Notes under the pieces: model-generated
Seen by the model: only the letters and a program-made list of their open reading frames with translations
Told to the model about the DNA's origin: nothing
Database searches by the model: none
Position numbers and translations under genes: made by a program
In this document: piece by piece, positions 30,421-42,131 of the stretch
Position numbering within the stretch: the first letter of the stretch is position 1
How the letters are laid out: the number at the start of each line of letters is the position of its first letter
NCBI RefSeq assembly: GCF_017431965.1
Contig: NZ_JAFRKB010000039.1
Span: forward strand, 818 to 64,817
DNA from: Methanobrevibacter sp.
GTDB lineage: Archaea > Methanobacteriota > Methanobacteria > Methanobacteriales > Methanobacteriaceae
DNA length: 64,000 bases
Direction: 5' to 3'

Positions 30421-31467
30421 TTTAATATGATTAAAATTAATTATTATTAAAATTAATCCTAAAAGATATAAGAACCAAATCATTATATCGGTTGGTCCAG
30501 TTTCTATCCAAATTAATGTGTGTGTTAAAATAACGGAGTAAATCGCTACTCCTATTCCTTTTTTTAGTTTGTGGACTAATTGCAAGAATGCTCCCATAAA
30601 TAGCATTTGTATAGTTAGGCCGGGCAATCCGAAATCAAGGTATACTGGCCCAAATAGTGTTGATGTTAAACATACAGTGTAGTGAAGAACATATTGCCCA
30701 ATGAAGGTTCTAGGACTTCCTGATGAAAAAATCATACTTAAAATATGGCCATGTGTTGTTCCGCCTAATGGAATTATTTTTTCAAATACTTCTAATGTGA
30801 ATGCTGCTCTATAAAAGATAAGTTCAATGGGATTCAATGTCCAGTGTTGATTGGCTATTGATTGAGATGCGATATATCCTACAGCGAGCATTCCAATAAC
30901 CATTATGGCTATAAAAACAACAGCAAATTTTCTTGATATTTTTTTGAGATAATAAAGAGTTATAAATGAACTTCCTAAAATACCGATAACTGAGGTTCTG
31001 TATCCGTTCAATCCAAAAATCAAAGCTCCGGCAACGACTAACAGTAAGTACTTTTTATCATAATGCTTTGCAAGCAGCAAGTTAATCATTATTAAAAATA
31101 GGGGATATGCTATTCTCCAGATATTTGTAGTCGCACTGGATTTTAAAACGCTGTTGAAAAGAGGAATTCCTCCAAGTAACACCATATTTAGAGTTTGCAG
31201 TATTAAAGCTATAATGACAAGAACCAGCAATAGCCTTTCAGATAAAAAATTGAGTTCTTTTGTTTTTTCAACATTTATTTTGTATTTGATAGCTATTGCT
31301 CCAACAGAAAAGATTATGCATGAAAAAAGAATTGTCAAAATCACTTCTAGCTTAAGAGAATCTTCAAATCTGTAGTTGAATGATCCAACATAGCCCATAG
31401 CCAAAAATGCAATTATTGCAACTACAACCAATAATGGCTGAAAGAAATCAATCTTTTCTATGTTCAT
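30406..31467 (-). CDS. Polytopic membrane protein, oligosaccharide repeat-unit polymerase (Wzy-like)
   Basis: ~10 TM; GGIPLF, GYRT, T-x-TLFGP-x-YLDFG motifs typical of Wzy/O-antigen polymerase families. Confidence 0.65.
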   Translation of the reverse strand: MNIEKIDFFQPLLVVVAIIAFLAMGYVGSFNYRFEDSLKLEVILTILFSCIIFSVGAIAIKYKINVEKTKELNFLSERLLLVLVIIALILQTLNMVLLGGIPLFNSVLKSSATTNIWRIAYPLFLIMINLLLAKHYDKKYLLLVVAGALIFGLNGYRTSVIGILGSSFITLYYLKKISRKFAVVFIAIMVIGMLAVGYIASQSIANQHWTLNPIELIFYRAAFTLEVFEKIIPLGGTTHGHILSMIFSSGSPRTFIGQYVLHYTVCLTSTLFGPVYLDFGLPGLTIQMLFMGAFLQLVHKLKKGIGVAIYSVILTHTLIWIETGPTDIMIWFLYLLGLILIIINFNHIKLNKN

Positions 31468-31470
31468 TTT

Positions 31471-32826
31471 TTATCCTCCAAGCTCATATGAAGAAATAGC
31501 CAGGTTTCCTCCAAAATTAGGCATTGCCGCCACATGGGTATGAACATAACTTGCAAGTGTGTTGCCTTCAATAAAACCGTCTTGATTATTATAGGAACCT
31601 TTTCCTCTTAGAATATCAAATGCTAGTTTATGTTTGATGTTTGCATCGTCAACCAGCACTTTTGAATAGTGGAATTCATGTCCATGGAATCTTTCACCTT
31701 TTTTGGATATGATGTTGTCTTCTTTCACTTCTGCAATTGTGTATTTCAGAGCTTGCACTCTATCTGTTAGGATTGCTTTGTAAGGATATATATTGACAAC
31801 TTTGTCTTCATGGATGGAATTCATGAGATACATTAAACCACCACATTCGGCAAAAATGGGCCTATCTTCCTGGTGGAAAGTCTTAATATCATTAAGCATT
31901 CTTTCATTTTCACTAAGTTGTTTTGAAAAGAGTTCTGGATATCCTCCGCCGATGTATAGTCCGTCTACATCAGGCAATTCTTCATCGTTTAACGGTGAGA
32001 AGTATTCAATTTTTGCATTGTTTGCTTCTAGAGATTCAATATTTTCTTTATAGTAGAAATTAAATACTTCATCATAAGCTATTCCAATTTTAACCGGCTG
32101 TTTGTTTAATTTATTCCAAATTGGAATAATGTCTGAGGTGATTTTTGGAGCTTCACGGGCAATCTCTACTAATCTGTCCAAATCGATTGAATTTTTTATT
32201 ACTTCAGACCAGATATCAATGTATTTTAGAGAATTTTCTTTTTCACGAGCAGGAACAAGGCCTAAATGCCTTTCTTCTATTGATATAGAATCGTCACGTA
32301 TTATTCCACCGATAACCTCTGTTTTTGTTATTTCTTCTATAGACCTTTTGGTTTTTTCATAATGGGCTTTATTTTTGACTTTGTTTAAAATAACTCCTGC
32401 AATGTTTATTTCAGGATCAAGCGCTTTAAAACCCAAAACTAAAGCGGCGGCACTTTTAACTAAACTTCGGGAATTTATAATTAAAATAACCGGTGCCTGC
32501 AATGATTTGGCTATTGAAGCAGTACTTCCAATATCATTTACAGAGTCGATTCCTTCATAAAGTCCACGAACACCTTCAATTACAGCTATATCTTTTCCAT
32601 CCATAGCTTTTAGATAGGAGTCTCTAACTTGTCCGGATTCCATAAAAAATGAATCTAAGTTTCTTGACACATTATTGGTAGCTAAGGTGTGGTAAGACGG
32701 GTCAATGTAGTCGGGTCCAACTTTGAATGGCTGAACGTTGTATTTTTCACTTAAGGCTTTCATGATCCCGGTAGATATTGTTGTTTTTCCAACTGCACTA
32801 CCGGTTCCTGCTAAAATTATTCTCAT
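31471..32826 (-). CDS. cfbB: Ni-sirohydrochlorin / cobyrinate a,c-diamide synthase (CfbB/CbiA family)
   Basis: [53 protein letters not shown]; cfbB versus cbiA cannot be resolved from motifs alone. Confidence 0.8.
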   Translation of the reverse strand: MRIILAGTGSAVGKTTISTGIMKALSEKYNVQPFKVGPDYIDPSYHTLATNNVSRNLDSFFMESGQVRDSYLKAMDGKDIAVIEGVRGLYEGIDSVNDIGSTASIAKSLQAPVILIINSRSLVKSAAALVLGFKALDPEINIAGVILNKVKNKAHYEKTKRSIEEITKTEVIGGIIRDDSISIEERHLGLVPAREKENSLKYIDIWSEVIKNSIDLDRLVEIAREAPKITSDIIPIWNKLNKQPVKIGIAYDEVFNFYYKENIESLEANNAKIEYFSPLNDEELPDVDGLYIGGGYPELFSKQLSENERMLNDIKTFHQEDRPIFAECGGLMYLMNSIHEDKVVNIYPYKAILTDRVQALKYTIAEVKEDNIISKKGERFHGHEFHYSKVLVDDANIKHKLAFDILRGKGSYNNQDGFIEGNTLASYVHTHVAAMPNFGGNLAISSYELGG

Positions 32827-32926
32827 ATTTAGTAATTTGCATCTTGTTATATAACAATTTTTGTATCATTAAATCATTTTAAATAATATTAAACATATAA
32901 ATTAAATCATAATATATGGTGGTTAA

Positions 32927-34750
32927 ATGAGAATTTTACTAATTCATTCTGATTATTTAAATTATACTGTAAAGAACAAAACACCTGTTGCTGAAGAAAT
33001 TGACGAGGCTAAAATGCAAGGAGCTTTCGATGACTCTTTAGTAGTGTTTACAAGTGTTGAAAAAGAAGACGAAGATAATCCAGAAGGTATTGTTAAAAAT
33101 TTAGTCAGTGAAGTTAAAAAGACCAATGAACAAGTTAAAGCTGAAAATATTGTATTGTATCCATATGCTCACTTATCTTCATCATTAGGTTCTCCAAAAA
33201 TAGCTATTCAAATTTTAAAAGACACAGAAGAAGCTTTGCTTGCTGAAGATTTAAATGTTATAAGAGTACCTTTCGGATGGTATAAGGCATTCGAGATTTC
33301 ATGTAAGGGTCATCCATTAAGTGAACTTTCAAGAACAATCACTGCAGATGCTGAGGAAGAAAAGGTTGAAAGGAAACCTTCAACCTGGCAAATTCTTGAA
33401 GGAGATAAGATCACTCAAATTGATGACTTTAAATTTGAAAATAAAGCTTTTAAACAACTCGTTGATTATGAACTCGGACAAGGGGCATCTGATGAAGGTG
33501 AACCTCCACACGTTAAATTAATGAGAGAAAAAGAAATCTGCGATTATGAACCGGCATCCGATGTTGGAAACCTCAGATGGTATCCTAAAGGAAAGTTAAT
33601 CAGAGATTTGTTATCTGATTATGTTTACGATTTAACTGTAAGTCGTGGAGCAATGCCTGTTGAAACTCCAATTTTCTATGATTTGGATAATCAGGCTATT
33701 TACGAACATGCTTACAAATTCGGTGAAAGGCAATACCGTACTGACACTAAAAAGAAATTAATGCTTAGGTTTGCAGCTTGTTTCGGTGCATTTAGATTAA
33801 TGAGCGATTCATACTTAACCTGGAAGAATTTCCCTGCAAAAATTTTCGAATTGACCAGATACAGTTTCCGTTATGAGAAAAAAGGTGAAGTTGTTGGTCT
33901 TAAAAGATTAAGGGCATTTACCATGCCTGATTGCCACTCATTCTGTTGTGATGTACCTTCATCTTTAGATGAGTTTTCCGCTCAAACTGACATGTGTATG
34001 CAAACAGGTAAAGATTTGAATTTGGACTTTGAAGTGATTTTCAGAGCAACCCAAGACTTCTTTGAGGAAAACGAGGAATGGATGTATGAAATTGCTCGCA
34101 AATTCAAAAAACCTATCCTTTTAGAAATCTTGCCTGAAAGACACCATTATTGGATATGCAAAATCGATCTTGCAAATATTGATGCTTTAGGCCGTCCAAT
34201 TGAAAATCCGACTGTTCAGATAGATGTTGAAAGCGGAAAAAGATTTGGAATTACATACTTAGGTGAGGATGGAGAGCAGCACAATCCAACAATCCTGCAC
34301 ACTTCCCCAACTGGAAGTATTGAAAGGGTTTTATGCGCAATGCTTGAAAAAACTGCACTGGAAATAAATGAAAGAGCACCGATGTTGCCAACTTGGCTAA
34401 GCCCAATTCAAGCAAGAATTTTAACAGTTGGAGAATCACACAAAGAGTTTGCCAGTGAACTTTATGATAAAATCAATGCTTCTAACATTCGTGTTGACAT
34501 TGATGATAGAGATGAAAGTGTTGGTAAAAAAATCAGAAATGCATCTCAGGAATGGATTCCATATATTTTTGTTGTAGGTGACAATGAAATGGAATCAGGC
34601 AAATTCCAAGTGACTGTTCGTGAAACCGGTGAAAAGGTTGAAATGACTGTTGATGAATTAATAGCTGAAATTAAAGAAAAATGTGAAGGAAAACCTTTCA
34701 GAAGATTGCCTTTGCCTAAGGATATTTCAAGAAGGATTAACTTCCAATAA
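32927..34750 (+). CDS. thrS: Threonine-tRNA ligase, archaeal type with N-terminal editing domain
   Basis: [55 protein letters not shown]. Confidence 0.96.
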   Translation: MRILLIHSDYLNYTVKNKTPVAEEIDEAKMQGAFDDSLVVFTSVEKEDEDNPEGIVKNLVSEVKKTNEQVKAENIVLYPYAHLSSSLGSPKIAIQILKDTEEALLAEDLNVIRVPFGWYKAFEISCKGHPLSELSRTITADAEEEKVERKPSTWQILEGDKITQIDDFKFENKAFKQLVDYELGQGASDEGEPPHVKLMREKEICDYEPASDVGNLRWYPKGKLIRDLLSDYVYDLTVSRGAMPVETPIFYDLDNQAIYEHAYKFGERQYRTDTKKKLMLRFAACFGAFRLMSDSYLTWKNFPAKIFELTRYSFRYEKKGEVVGLKRLRAFTMPDCHSFCCDVPSSLDEFSAQTDMCMQTGKDLNLDFEVIFRATQDFFEENEEWMYEIARKFKKPILLEILPERHHYWICKIDLANIDALGRPIENPTVQIDVESGKRFGITYLGEDGEQHNPTILHTSPTGSIERVLCAMLEKTALEINERAPMLPTWLSPIQARILTVGESHKEFASELYDKINASNIRVDIDDRDESVGKKIRNASQEWIPYIFVVGDNEMESGKFQVTVRETGEKVEMTVDELIAEIKEKCEGKPFRRLPLPKDISRRINFQ

Positions 34751-34807
34751 TTATATTTATCAATAAAAATAAATTATTAAATGTTATTATATTACGGAGG
34801 AAATTTA

Positions 34808-36043
34808 ATGGACCCAATGTACAGAATAGGAGAAGCTCTTATTGGAGATGGACCTGAATTAGCTCACGTTGATTTATTGATTGGTGATAAATTCGGGCCT
34901 GTTGGTCAAGCTTTTGCTAATGGATTATCCAATTTATCTGTTGGACACACTCCTTTAACAAGTGTAATCAGACCAAACTTAATGACTAAACCAGCTACTT
35001 TAATTATTCCTAAAGTAACTGTTGGAGATTTAGATGATGCTAGTAAAATATTTGGACCTGCACAAACTGCCGTTGCAAGGGCAGTAGCTGATGCAGTGGA
35101 AGATGGATATATTCCAAAAGACATTGTCGAAGACATTGTTATTAATGTAAGTGTATTTATCGACCCTTCTGCAAAGGATTTCAGAAAAATATATCAATAC
35201 AATTACGGAGCTACAAAATTGGCTATTAGAAGAGCAATGGAAGGTTACCCATCTATGGACAAAGTACTTGCAGAAAAAGATCGTGGAACTCACCCAATTA
35301 TGGGATTCAGAGTACAAAAACTTTGGTCTCCACCATATTTACAAGTTGCACTTGACCTTGACAACTTGGATGTTATGGCTAAAATCATTGAGGATTTGCC
35401 TGACAAAGAAAGAGTGCTTCTCGAAGCTGGAACTCCACTCGTTAAAAAATTCGGTGTTGGAGTTGTTGGAAAAATCAGAGAATTACGTCCGGATGCATTT
35501 ATTATTGCTGATTTAAAAACTTTAGATGTTGGTCGTGTAGAAATCAAAATGGCTGCAGACGAAACTGCTGATGCAGTTGCTATTTCTGGTCTTGGTACTA
35601 TCGAATCAATTAAAAAAGCAATACATGAAACTCAAAAACAAGGTATTTACTCCATCCTTGACATGATGAATGTTAAAGACTTCGAAGAAAAATTATCTCA
35701 AATACCTGATGATTTAAAACCGGATATAGTATTATTACACAGAAATGTCGATTTAGAAACTTATAAAGCTGAAAAAGGTGAAGATACCAGTGAAATGACT
35801 GAATGGGGTAACATCAAAAAGATTAAAGAAATCATTGGTGGCGGCTTAATTGCAGTTGCTGGTGGTATTAAACCTGATAATGTTGAAGAAGCTATCGACA
35901 AAGGTGCAGACATTATTATTGCAGGAAGATATATTATCGGTTCTAGAGATGTAAGAAGATCTGCTCAAGACTTCTTAGCACATTTCCCACCTGATCCAGA
36001 TAATATGAGACTTGCGATGGATGAAGACGAACAAGTAAATTAG
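34808..36043 (+). CDS. fae-hps: Bifunctional formaldehyde-activating enzyme / 3-hexulose-6-phosphate synthase
   Basis: [27 protein letters not shown] (Fae) fused to [24 protein letters not shown] (Hps); ATG 34808 after GGAGG. Confidence 0.94.
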   Translation: MDPMYRIGEALIGDGPELAHVDLLIGDKFGPVGQAFANGLSNLSVGHTPLTSVIRPNLMTKPATLIIPKVTVGDLDDASKIFGPAQTAVARAVADAVEDGYIPKDIVEDIVINVSVFIDPSAKDFRKIYQYNYGATKLAIRRAMEGYPSMDKVLAEKDRGTHPIMGFRVQKLWSPPYLQVALDLDNLDVMAKIIEDLPDKERVLLEAGTPLVKKFGVGVVGKIRELRPDAFIIADLKTLDVGRVEIKMAADETADAVAISGLGTIESIKKAIHETQKQGIYSILDMMNVKDFEEKLSQIPDDLKPDIVLLHRNVDLETYKAEKGEDTSEMTEWGNIKKIKEIIGGGLIAVAGGIKPDNVEEAIDKGADIIIAGRYIIGSRDVRRSAQDFLAHFPPDPDNMRLAMDEDEQVN

Positions 36044-36089
36044 ATTAATTTCTAATTTATTTTCTATTTTTTTTAAAGGAGTTTTTATT

Positions 36090-36371
36090 ATGGGATTTTG
36101 TAATTCATGTGGTAGACCAATTGTAAAAGAAGATTACGGGACAAACAAAGATGGAAGTCCAAATGATGAATTTTGTATTGACTGCTTTCAAAACGGTGAA
36201 TATACAGAACCGGATATAACTCTAAATGAGATGATTGTAAGAAAAACAAAAGAAATGATGGAAAAAAATCCTAGATTGCCAGAAACTCAGGCAACCGGCA
36301 TTACAGCAATGTTCATTCCAGGATTAAAAAGATGGAATCCGGAATTCCAGGATGATTATAAAACTCTTTAA
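36090..36371 (+). CDS. Putative zinc-ribbon domain protein (Zn_ribbon_2-like)
   Basis: FCNSCGRP, GTNKDGS, FCIDCFQNGEY, LKRW. Confidence 0.82.
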   Translation: MGFCNSCGRPIVKEDYGTNKDGSPNDEFCIDCFQNGEYTEPDITLNEMIVRKTKEMMEKNPRLPETQATGITAMFIPGLKRWNPEFQDDYKTL

Positions 36372-37222
36372 CTTCTACTTTTTAAGATAAATTCTTTTAC
36401 TTTGTTGGCTATGAACTCATCATGGCTTTTAGTAGATTTGATATTGTAGATTTCTTCTTGTAGGTCATTATATTTGTCAACTAAATCATTGTATTCAAGG
36501 CGCAGGGTATCATAGTCCTTTTCTAGACCTTCATTAAGCTCATAAATCTCCGCATAACTAGTCCTTGTAGAGAGATTTTCATGTTTTAGCTGGTCATATT
36601 TATCAGTAATTTGAGCATAACTGTCCTTAATATTTTCGTGTTCTTCTTTTAAGGTTGAGCATTTTGTTTTAAGGTTTTTGTTTTCTTCTTTAATGCTTGA
36701 ATATTTGGTTTTGAGGTTTTCATTTTCCTCTTTGATGTTGACGAATTTTGTTTTGAGATTTTCATTTTCGATAATTAGCTTGGAATGTTTGTCTTTAATG
36801 TTTTCGTTTTCTTTTTTCAAGTTATCGAGATTATTTTCATGCAGAGAAGTATATTTATCTTCAATTTTACTTAAAGCATTATTTTTTTCAGCCAGTTCAG
36901 CTTTCAGTGCTTCAATTTGTTTTTCATATTCTAAAGTGGATGGATTATTATTATTTTTAAGCTGCTCTTTCAATACCTTCACTTCCTCTACAAGTAAATA
37001 ATTAGCTATTTTTAAAGATTCATTTACCTCTTCCATGCTTTTAAGATTTTCAATCTCATCGTGAGGGATAATTAATACTTCTTCCTGGTTATTGTATATA
37101 TCTTCGTTTTTAGGAACTGTTATTTGAATTTGTTCTGTGGTGTATTTTTTTCTCTCACCATTTTTCAGTGTCCTGTGATATTCTCTAGAATATTTTTTTA
37201 CAATACCTTTACCCATCTTCAT
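36368..37222 (-). CDS. Hypothetical protein: small N-terminal beta domain + long coiled coil with 14-aa repeats
   Basis: Heptad pattern over ~200 aa; ENENLKTKFVNIKE/ENENLKTKYSSIKE/ENKNLKTKCSTLKE; start ATG 37222 or 37216. Confidence 0.8.
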   Translation of the reverse strand: MKMGKGIVKKYSREYHRTLKNGERKKYTTEQIQITVPKNEDIYNNQEEVLIIPHDEIENLKSMEEVNESLKIANYLLVEEVKVLKEQLKNNNNPSTLEYEKQIEALKAELAEKNNALSKIEDKYTSLHENNLDNLKKENENIKDKHSKLIIENENLKTKFVNIKEENENLKTKYSSIKEENKNLKTKCSTLKEEHENIKDSYAQITDKYDQLKHENLSTRTSYAEIYELNEGLEKDYDTLRLEYNDLVDKYNDLQEEIYNIKSTKSHDEFIANKVKEFILKSRS

Positions 37223-37383
37223 AACATATCCCAACGATTTATATATCTGTGTATGAAAGTATAAATATTTTTAGAATATTGTCATTTTTTGAGTTTATCT
37301 TAATATTTCTTAAAAATCATTAACTTAAAATATTTTTATTTAAAATTCTATAAATTAATATCAACAGTGAAGGTTTTGATAAC

Positions 37384-37968
37384 ATGAAAGTTTTTGGTAT
37401 TTGTGCCAGTCCAAGAAACAATACAACAGAATATGTTTTAAAAAATGCTTTATCCAAGTTAAACGAGCACAATTTTGAAACTGAGATTTTCACATGCAGC
37501 GGAAAGGACATTAAACCATGCATGCATTGTGATTATTGTTTGGAAAATAAGAAATGCATTATTGATGATGATATGAAACATGTCTATGAAGGTCTTCAAA
37601 ACTCGGATGGAATAATATTGGCCACTCCGATTCAAAGCGGAGGCATAAGTTCTAATTTATCAGCCATAATGGATAGGACACGTGCTTTGGAAGCTATCGA
37701 TTATAATCTGTTAAGAGGTAAAATTGGAATGAGTATTGCAGTCGGCGGAGACAGGACCGGCGGTCAGGATTTTGCACACTTAAAAAATATCACTTATTTT
37801 ATGATACATGGCATTATTCCAGTAAGTGGCGGGCCATTCGGTTCCAATTTAGGAGCTTCATTTTGGTCAAATGATTCATTAGATGATATCAAAAATGATA
37901 CATATGGAATGGAGTCTTTGGATAGAACTTTAACTGAATTTGAAAATTTCCTAAATAAGTATATTTAA
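37384..37968 (+). CDS. Iron-sulfur flavoprotein (Isf, multimeric flavodoxin family)
   Basis: ASPR-x2-T, CMHCDYCLENKKC (CX2CX2CX5C), DDM, ATP, MDR, GGDRTGGQ. Confidence 0.9.
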   Translation: MKVFGICASPRNNTTEYVLKNALSKLNEHNFETEIFTCSGKDIKPCMHCDYCLENKKCIIDDDMKHVYEGLQNSDGIILATPIQSGGISSNLSAIMDRTRALEAIDYNLLRGKIGMSIAVGGDRTGGQDFAHLKNITYFMIHGIIPVSGGPFGSNLGASFWSNDSLDDIKNDTYGMESLDRTLTEFENFLNKYI

Positions 37969-38019
37969 ATAGTAAAAATAATATTATATTTATAATAACT
38001 GATTTTTTAAAGGTATATC

Positions 38020-39582
38020 ATGGCAAATAAGTTAGTGAGAGGCAGTTTGATAATTTTTATAGGTAACATTATTTTCCGTATAGGCGGTTATCTGTATCGT
38101 TTTTTAATGGCTACATTGCTTGGGCCGGTAAATAATGGTATTTTAGGAACAACAATGTCTGTTCAAGGAATTTTTCAAACTCTAGCTTCTGGGGGTCTTC
38201 CTCCAGCTATTTCTAAATATATTGCCGAATATGAGGCCGTTGATGACCATAACATGGCTAGGCAAACTATTTATACTGCATTAAAGATTATGGTTTTCCT
38301 GGGATTGTTATTGGGATTTTTAATGATTTTTTTCATAGCTCCAATATTGGCTAATAATTTCATGCATAAACCTCAAGTCATGGTTCCGTTACAAATCATT
38401 GGTTTGATTACCCCTTTTAGTGTCGTTTTAGGAGCATTTAGAGGCGCATTTCAGGGAGTTTATAAGATGGAATATATTGTTTATACCCGTGCAATTGAGC
38501 AATTGGGAATGATCTTATTTGCAACAGCATTTGTTTTAATAGGATTTTCTGTTATTGGGGCTCTATGGGGTACAGTCATCGGTTATGCGCTTGCTGCAGT
38601 TTCTTCTGTTTTAATATTCAAATTTTTCATGCCGAAATATATTCCTCAACCTACCGGCGATTTTGAATTTTCATTGCGTGATGAGCTTAAATTAGGAATC
38701 GTGCTGGTTAGATTTTCAATTCCTGTAATCATAACTGCAATTGCCGAAATGCTTATTTATAACATTTGTACTCTTATTATGGGCAGATTTCTAACATTGG
38801 CAGATATTGGATTTTTCACAGCGGCGGATCCTATTGCTAGATTGCCTTTAATGATTTCTATTTCAGTAGCGACTACAATTTTGCCCGCTTCATCTGAGGC
38901 TTTTAAACTTAAAGATATTTCATCACTTCAAAAGTATGTTGGAGAATCCTATAAAATTTCATTGTTATTTGTAGTTCCGATGTGTGTTGGCCTTGCTTTA
39001 TTTTCAGCACCTATCTTAAGGTTGCTTTATTTCAAAATTCCCGCTTATGTTGCCGGTGCTCCTGCTTTGGCAATACTGTCTATTGGTATGACTTTTTATT
39101 CAATATTTGCAATATCAACCAGTATCATCCAAGGTATTGGAAACCCTAGAATTCCAATGTATATTTTAATATTTGGTTCTATCACTACTGCAGTTCTTTG
39201 CTGGATATTTGCTCCAATTTTAGGCATTGCCGGGGGTGCGGCCGCTACAACAATTGCTTGTTTTTTAATGATGATTCCATGCATTTACTTTGTATTTAAA
39301 TTAACTGAAACCAAAGCCCCTAAATTGCCCGTTTTAAAAATATTGGCTGCAACAGGTATTATGGGTTTATTCGGGTTACTTATTCCAAAAACAGCATTAT
39401 GGCTATTCCCTGGAATTATCGTTTGTATGATTGTTTATTTCTTTGCATTGATTTTGGTTAAGTTTTTCACAAAAGAAGATATTGAGACTTTAAGAGAATA
39501 TTCATCTAAACTGGGTCCTTTATCTAAAATAGTTAATAAATTATTAGACTTTGTTGAAAAAGTGGAATTTAGAAATAAATAA
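38020..39582 (+). CDS. MOP-superfamily flippase (Wzx/MurJ/SpoVB-like)
   Basis: ~14 TM; LLGP, GLPPAISKYIAE, FRGAFQG, GALWG, ILPASSE, QGIG. Confidence 0.88.
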   Translation: MANKLVRGSLIIFIGNIIFRIGGYLYRFLMATLLGPVNNGILGTTMSVQGIFQTLASGGLPPAISKYIAEYEAVDDHNMARQTIYTALKIMVFLGLLLGFLMIFFIAPILANNFMHKPQVMVPLQIIGLITPFSVVLGAFRGAFQGVYKMEYIVYTRAIEQLGMILFATAFVLIGFSVIGALWGTVIGYALAAVSSVLIFKFFMPKYIPQPTGDFEFSLRDELKLGIVLVRFSIPVIITAIAEMLIYNICTLIMGRFLTLADIGFFTAADPIARLPLMISISVATTILPASSEAFKLKDISSLQKYVGESYKISLLFVVPMCVGLALFSAPILRLLYFKIPAYVAGAPALAILSIGMTFYSIFAISTSIIQGIGNPRIPMYILIFGSITTAVLCWIFAPILGIAGGAAATTIACFLMMIPCIYFVFKLTETKAPKLPVLKILAATGIMGLFGLLIPKTALWLFPGIIVCMIVYFFALILVKFFTKEDIETLREYSSKLGPLSKIVNKLLDFVEKVEFRNK

Positions 39583-39641
39583 GAAACTTATTAATATAAG
39601 AAAGATATAAACTTTATTAATTATAATTGGGGGATTATAAT

Positions 39642-40334
39642 ATGACCGATGTAAAAGCGGGTGTTGAGTATAAAATCAATATTGATGGAAACTCTTTCCT
39701 GTTGGACAGTAAGAAATTCCAACTGTTAGAAAATATTCTGGATACAGGATCACTTACCGCAGCTGCGAAATCAATCAAGGTATCTTACAGGACTGCATTA
39801 AATTATATTGAAAAAATTGAATCAGCACTAAATGTTAAAATTGTGAATACTACTAAAGGGGGAAAAGGTGGTGGAGGTGGGACTTCACTTACCGAAGAAG
39901 GATATTCTATTTTGAAAGAATGTAAAAAAATTAATGCTATTATGGAGCTTCATAAGGATGTTAATGAGATTGAATCAGAAATCGTTGACATTAATGAAGC
40001 CAGAGGAGTCATGACAATCAAGATGAATGACTTTGAAATTAATGCTCCATTAAATAGGAATTATGAAATCGGAGATAAACTATTAGCTTTAATAAGTTAC
40101 GATAATATTTTCTTAATGCTGGAACCTCAGACATCCAGTATACGCAATATCTTAAAAGGTCAAATTGTTGAAATGAAACTTGAAAATGAAGTTATTCGTG
40201 TAAGGATTGATGTTGGCGGCATTAATATATATTCAGACATTACCTTATCTGCTGAGAAGGAATTAAACCTTAATATAGGTAAAGAAATCTATGTAGGATT
40301 TAAGGCAATGTCCGTTGCTACTTTAAAGTTATAG
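39642..40334 (+). CDS. ModE-like regulator (HTH + TOBE domains)
   Basis: TGSLTAAAKSIKVSYRTA, GGKGGGGT-x-LT, SSIRNILKG, SDIT-x-SA. Confidence 0.87.
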   Translation: MTDVKAGVEYKINIDGNSFLLDSKKFQLLENILDTGSLTAAAKSIKVSYRTALNYIEKIESALNVKIVNTTKGGKGGGGGTSLTEEGYSILKECKKINAIMELHKDVNEIESEIVDINEARGVMTIKMNDFEINAPLNRNYEIGDKLLALISYDNIFLMLEPQTSSIRNILKGQIVEMKLENEVIRVRIDVGGINIYSDITLSAEKELNLNIGKEIYVGFKAMSVATLKL

Positions 40335-40349
40335 TTTCAAGGTGAATGT

Positions 40350-40550
40350 ATGTTACAAATTTTAGTTGATGAAGAGGAATGCATAGGTTGTGGCAACTGT
40401 TTTGATATTTGTCCTAAAGCAGCTAAAATTTGGAAAGTTGACAGCGTTGCACATATATTGGATTTGAGATATTGTCATGTTTGCACACTATGCGCTATGG
40501 AATGTCCTACAGATTGCATTAAAATCATACGTCCTGGCGAAGAGGTGTAA
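40350..40550 (+). CDS. 2[4Fe-4S] ferredoxin
   Basis: CIGCGNCFDICP and CHVCTLCAMECP. Confidence 0.92.
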   Translation: MLQILVDEEECIGCGNCFDICPKAAKIWKVDSVAHILDLRYCHVCTLCAMECPTDCIKIIRPGEEV

Positions 40551-40589
40551 ATGCTTAAAGCTTAAATTAATTATTTTGTGGGTTAGATT

Positions 40590-41168
40590 ATGAGTAGAAA
40601 TTCAAACGTTTCAAGAAAAACTTCCGAGACAGATATTATCATTAAGATGAATCTTGATGGTACAGGTAAATATGATATCTCAACTGGTGTTAATTTCTTT
40701 AATCACATGTTGGAATCATTTTCTAAGCATAGCATGATTGATTTGGATGTGATTGCTTCCGGCGATATTGAAATTGATGACCACCACACCATTGAGGATG
40801 TTGGAATATTGCTAGGTGAAGCTTTCTTGCAAGCAATTGGTGATAAGAGAGGCATTAAAAGAATGGCACATGCTATTGTTCCAATGGATGAATCTGTTGC
40901 AACCGTTGCGATTGATATTAGCGGACGCAGCTACTGCAATATGGATCTTGATTTTAAAAATGAAAAAATCGGAGACATGACTTCTGATATTATAATCCAC
41001 TTTTTCGAGTCATTTGCAAGTTCAGCCAAATTAAATATTTATGGAACTGTTGATGGGGTAAATGACCACCACAAAGCTGAAGCTGTCTTTAAGGCATTTG
41101 CTAAATCTTTAAAAGAAGCTATTAAAATAGAACATGATGAAATTCCTTCTACAAAAGGAGTATTATAG
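40590..41168 (+). CDS. hisB: Imidazoleglycerol-phosphate dehydratase
   Basis: [43 protein letters not shown]. Confidence 0.97.
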   Translation: MSRNSNVSRKTSETDIIIKMNLDGTGKYDISTGVNFFNHMLESFSKHSMIDLDVIASGDIEIDDHHTIEDVGILLGEAFLQAIGDKRGIKRMAHAIVPMDESVATVAIDISGRSYCNMDLDFKNEKIGDMTSDIIIHFFESFASSAKLNIYGTVDGVNDHHKAEAVFKAFAKSLKEAIKIEHDEIPSTKGVL

Positions 41169-41302
41169 CTATTAATTTAGCTATCTTTTTTTTATTTAAT
41201 TTTTAAAATTTAAATTTCTAATTTAGTAATGGATTGGAAAAATAGCTGGTTTTTGAAAAACGTTAAAAAAAAGAAAAAAATAAAAGTAGCGTTAAGCTAC
41301 TT
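41165..41302. terminator. Paired terminators of convergent hisB and mtd
   Basis: ATAGCTA-ttaatt-TAGCTAT + T run (41165-41193); AAGTAGC-gttaa-GCTACTT (41284-41302) with A run (T run on minus strand). Confidence 0.65.
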
Positions 41303-42131
41303 ATTGTGGTTTTGAGATTAACTCTGTTTTACAACCTGGGTTTCCTTCTTTCATGTGAGGGGTTCTTAAAACAGTGTCGTTTGCTTTTTCGATTTCTCTT
41401 GCTTCTTGTGCTAATTTAGCAGCACATGCAGCAATTTCGTGAGCAGCAGCTACTAATGGGATGAAGTTTTCGAAACCTTTGGTCATGAAACAACCTTTCA
41501 TGTCTAAGTTTGCAACGGATCCAGCCATTTCGTATGCAGCAATAGCTTTTGCTTTTGCGTATGGGTTTGCGAATCCACCAGCTTCTGCAGCTTTTTCAGC
41601 AGTAATAATGAGTTTAGGTAATTCGATTTCTTCGCCTGCGTCTGCTTGTGCAATTACAGCATCAATGGTTTTTTGTACTAATCTTAATGCTCCGGTTTCT
41701 GCTAATACTTTTAAGATGTCGGAGTTGAAGATTGCCATTTCAGTTGGGTCTAACCATTCTCTTTTTGCACCAATCATTGGGTCGGACATTACAATAATGT
41801 AACCTAATCCTTGTTCGTCCATTTCATCTTTCTTACCTTTACCTGGTGCGTCACCAATGATAATAGCAGGAACATCTTTTTCAGATAATAATTCTCTTGC
41901 TTTAGCTGGTCCAGGAGCACCTGGGTTTGGGCTAATGAAAATTGCGAAATCAGGTTCGAAAGCGTCTATTTTAGGAACAACGTCTTCTACTTGTTCTGGG
42001 TTCATTTTTGCTCCAGATCCAAATGTTCTTACATCGATATTTGGTCTGTCTGCTCTTTCGTCTAACAATAGGTCAATTACTGGTGAAGTACCAATATTAC
42101 CACTTTTAATAATAGCAATTTTAACTACCAT
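41301..42131 (-). CDS. mtd: F420-dependent methylene-tetrahydromethanopterin dehydrogenase
   Basis: KSGNIGTS, LLDERADR, GSGAKM, SPNPGAPGP, DPMIGAKREWLDPTEMA, RTPH. Confidence 0.97.
   Translation of the reverse strand: MVVKIAIIKSGNIGTSPVIDLLLDERADRPNIDVRTFGSGAKMNPEQVEDVVPKIDAFEPDFAIFISPNPGAPGPAKARELLSEKDVPAIIIGDAPGKGKKDEMDEQGLGYIIVMSDPMIGAKREWLDPTEMAIFNSDILKVLAETGALRLVQKTIDAVIAQADAGEEIELPKLIITAEKAAEAGGFANPYAKAKAIAAYEMAGSVANLDMKGCFMTKGFENFIPLVAAAHEIAACAAKLAQEAREIEKANDTVLRTPHMKEGNPGCKTELISKPQ

Noticed and set aside
36620-36820. Periodic DNA considered as a CRISPR array
   Set aside because: Degenerate in-frame 42-nt coding repeats without unique spacers; no cas genes
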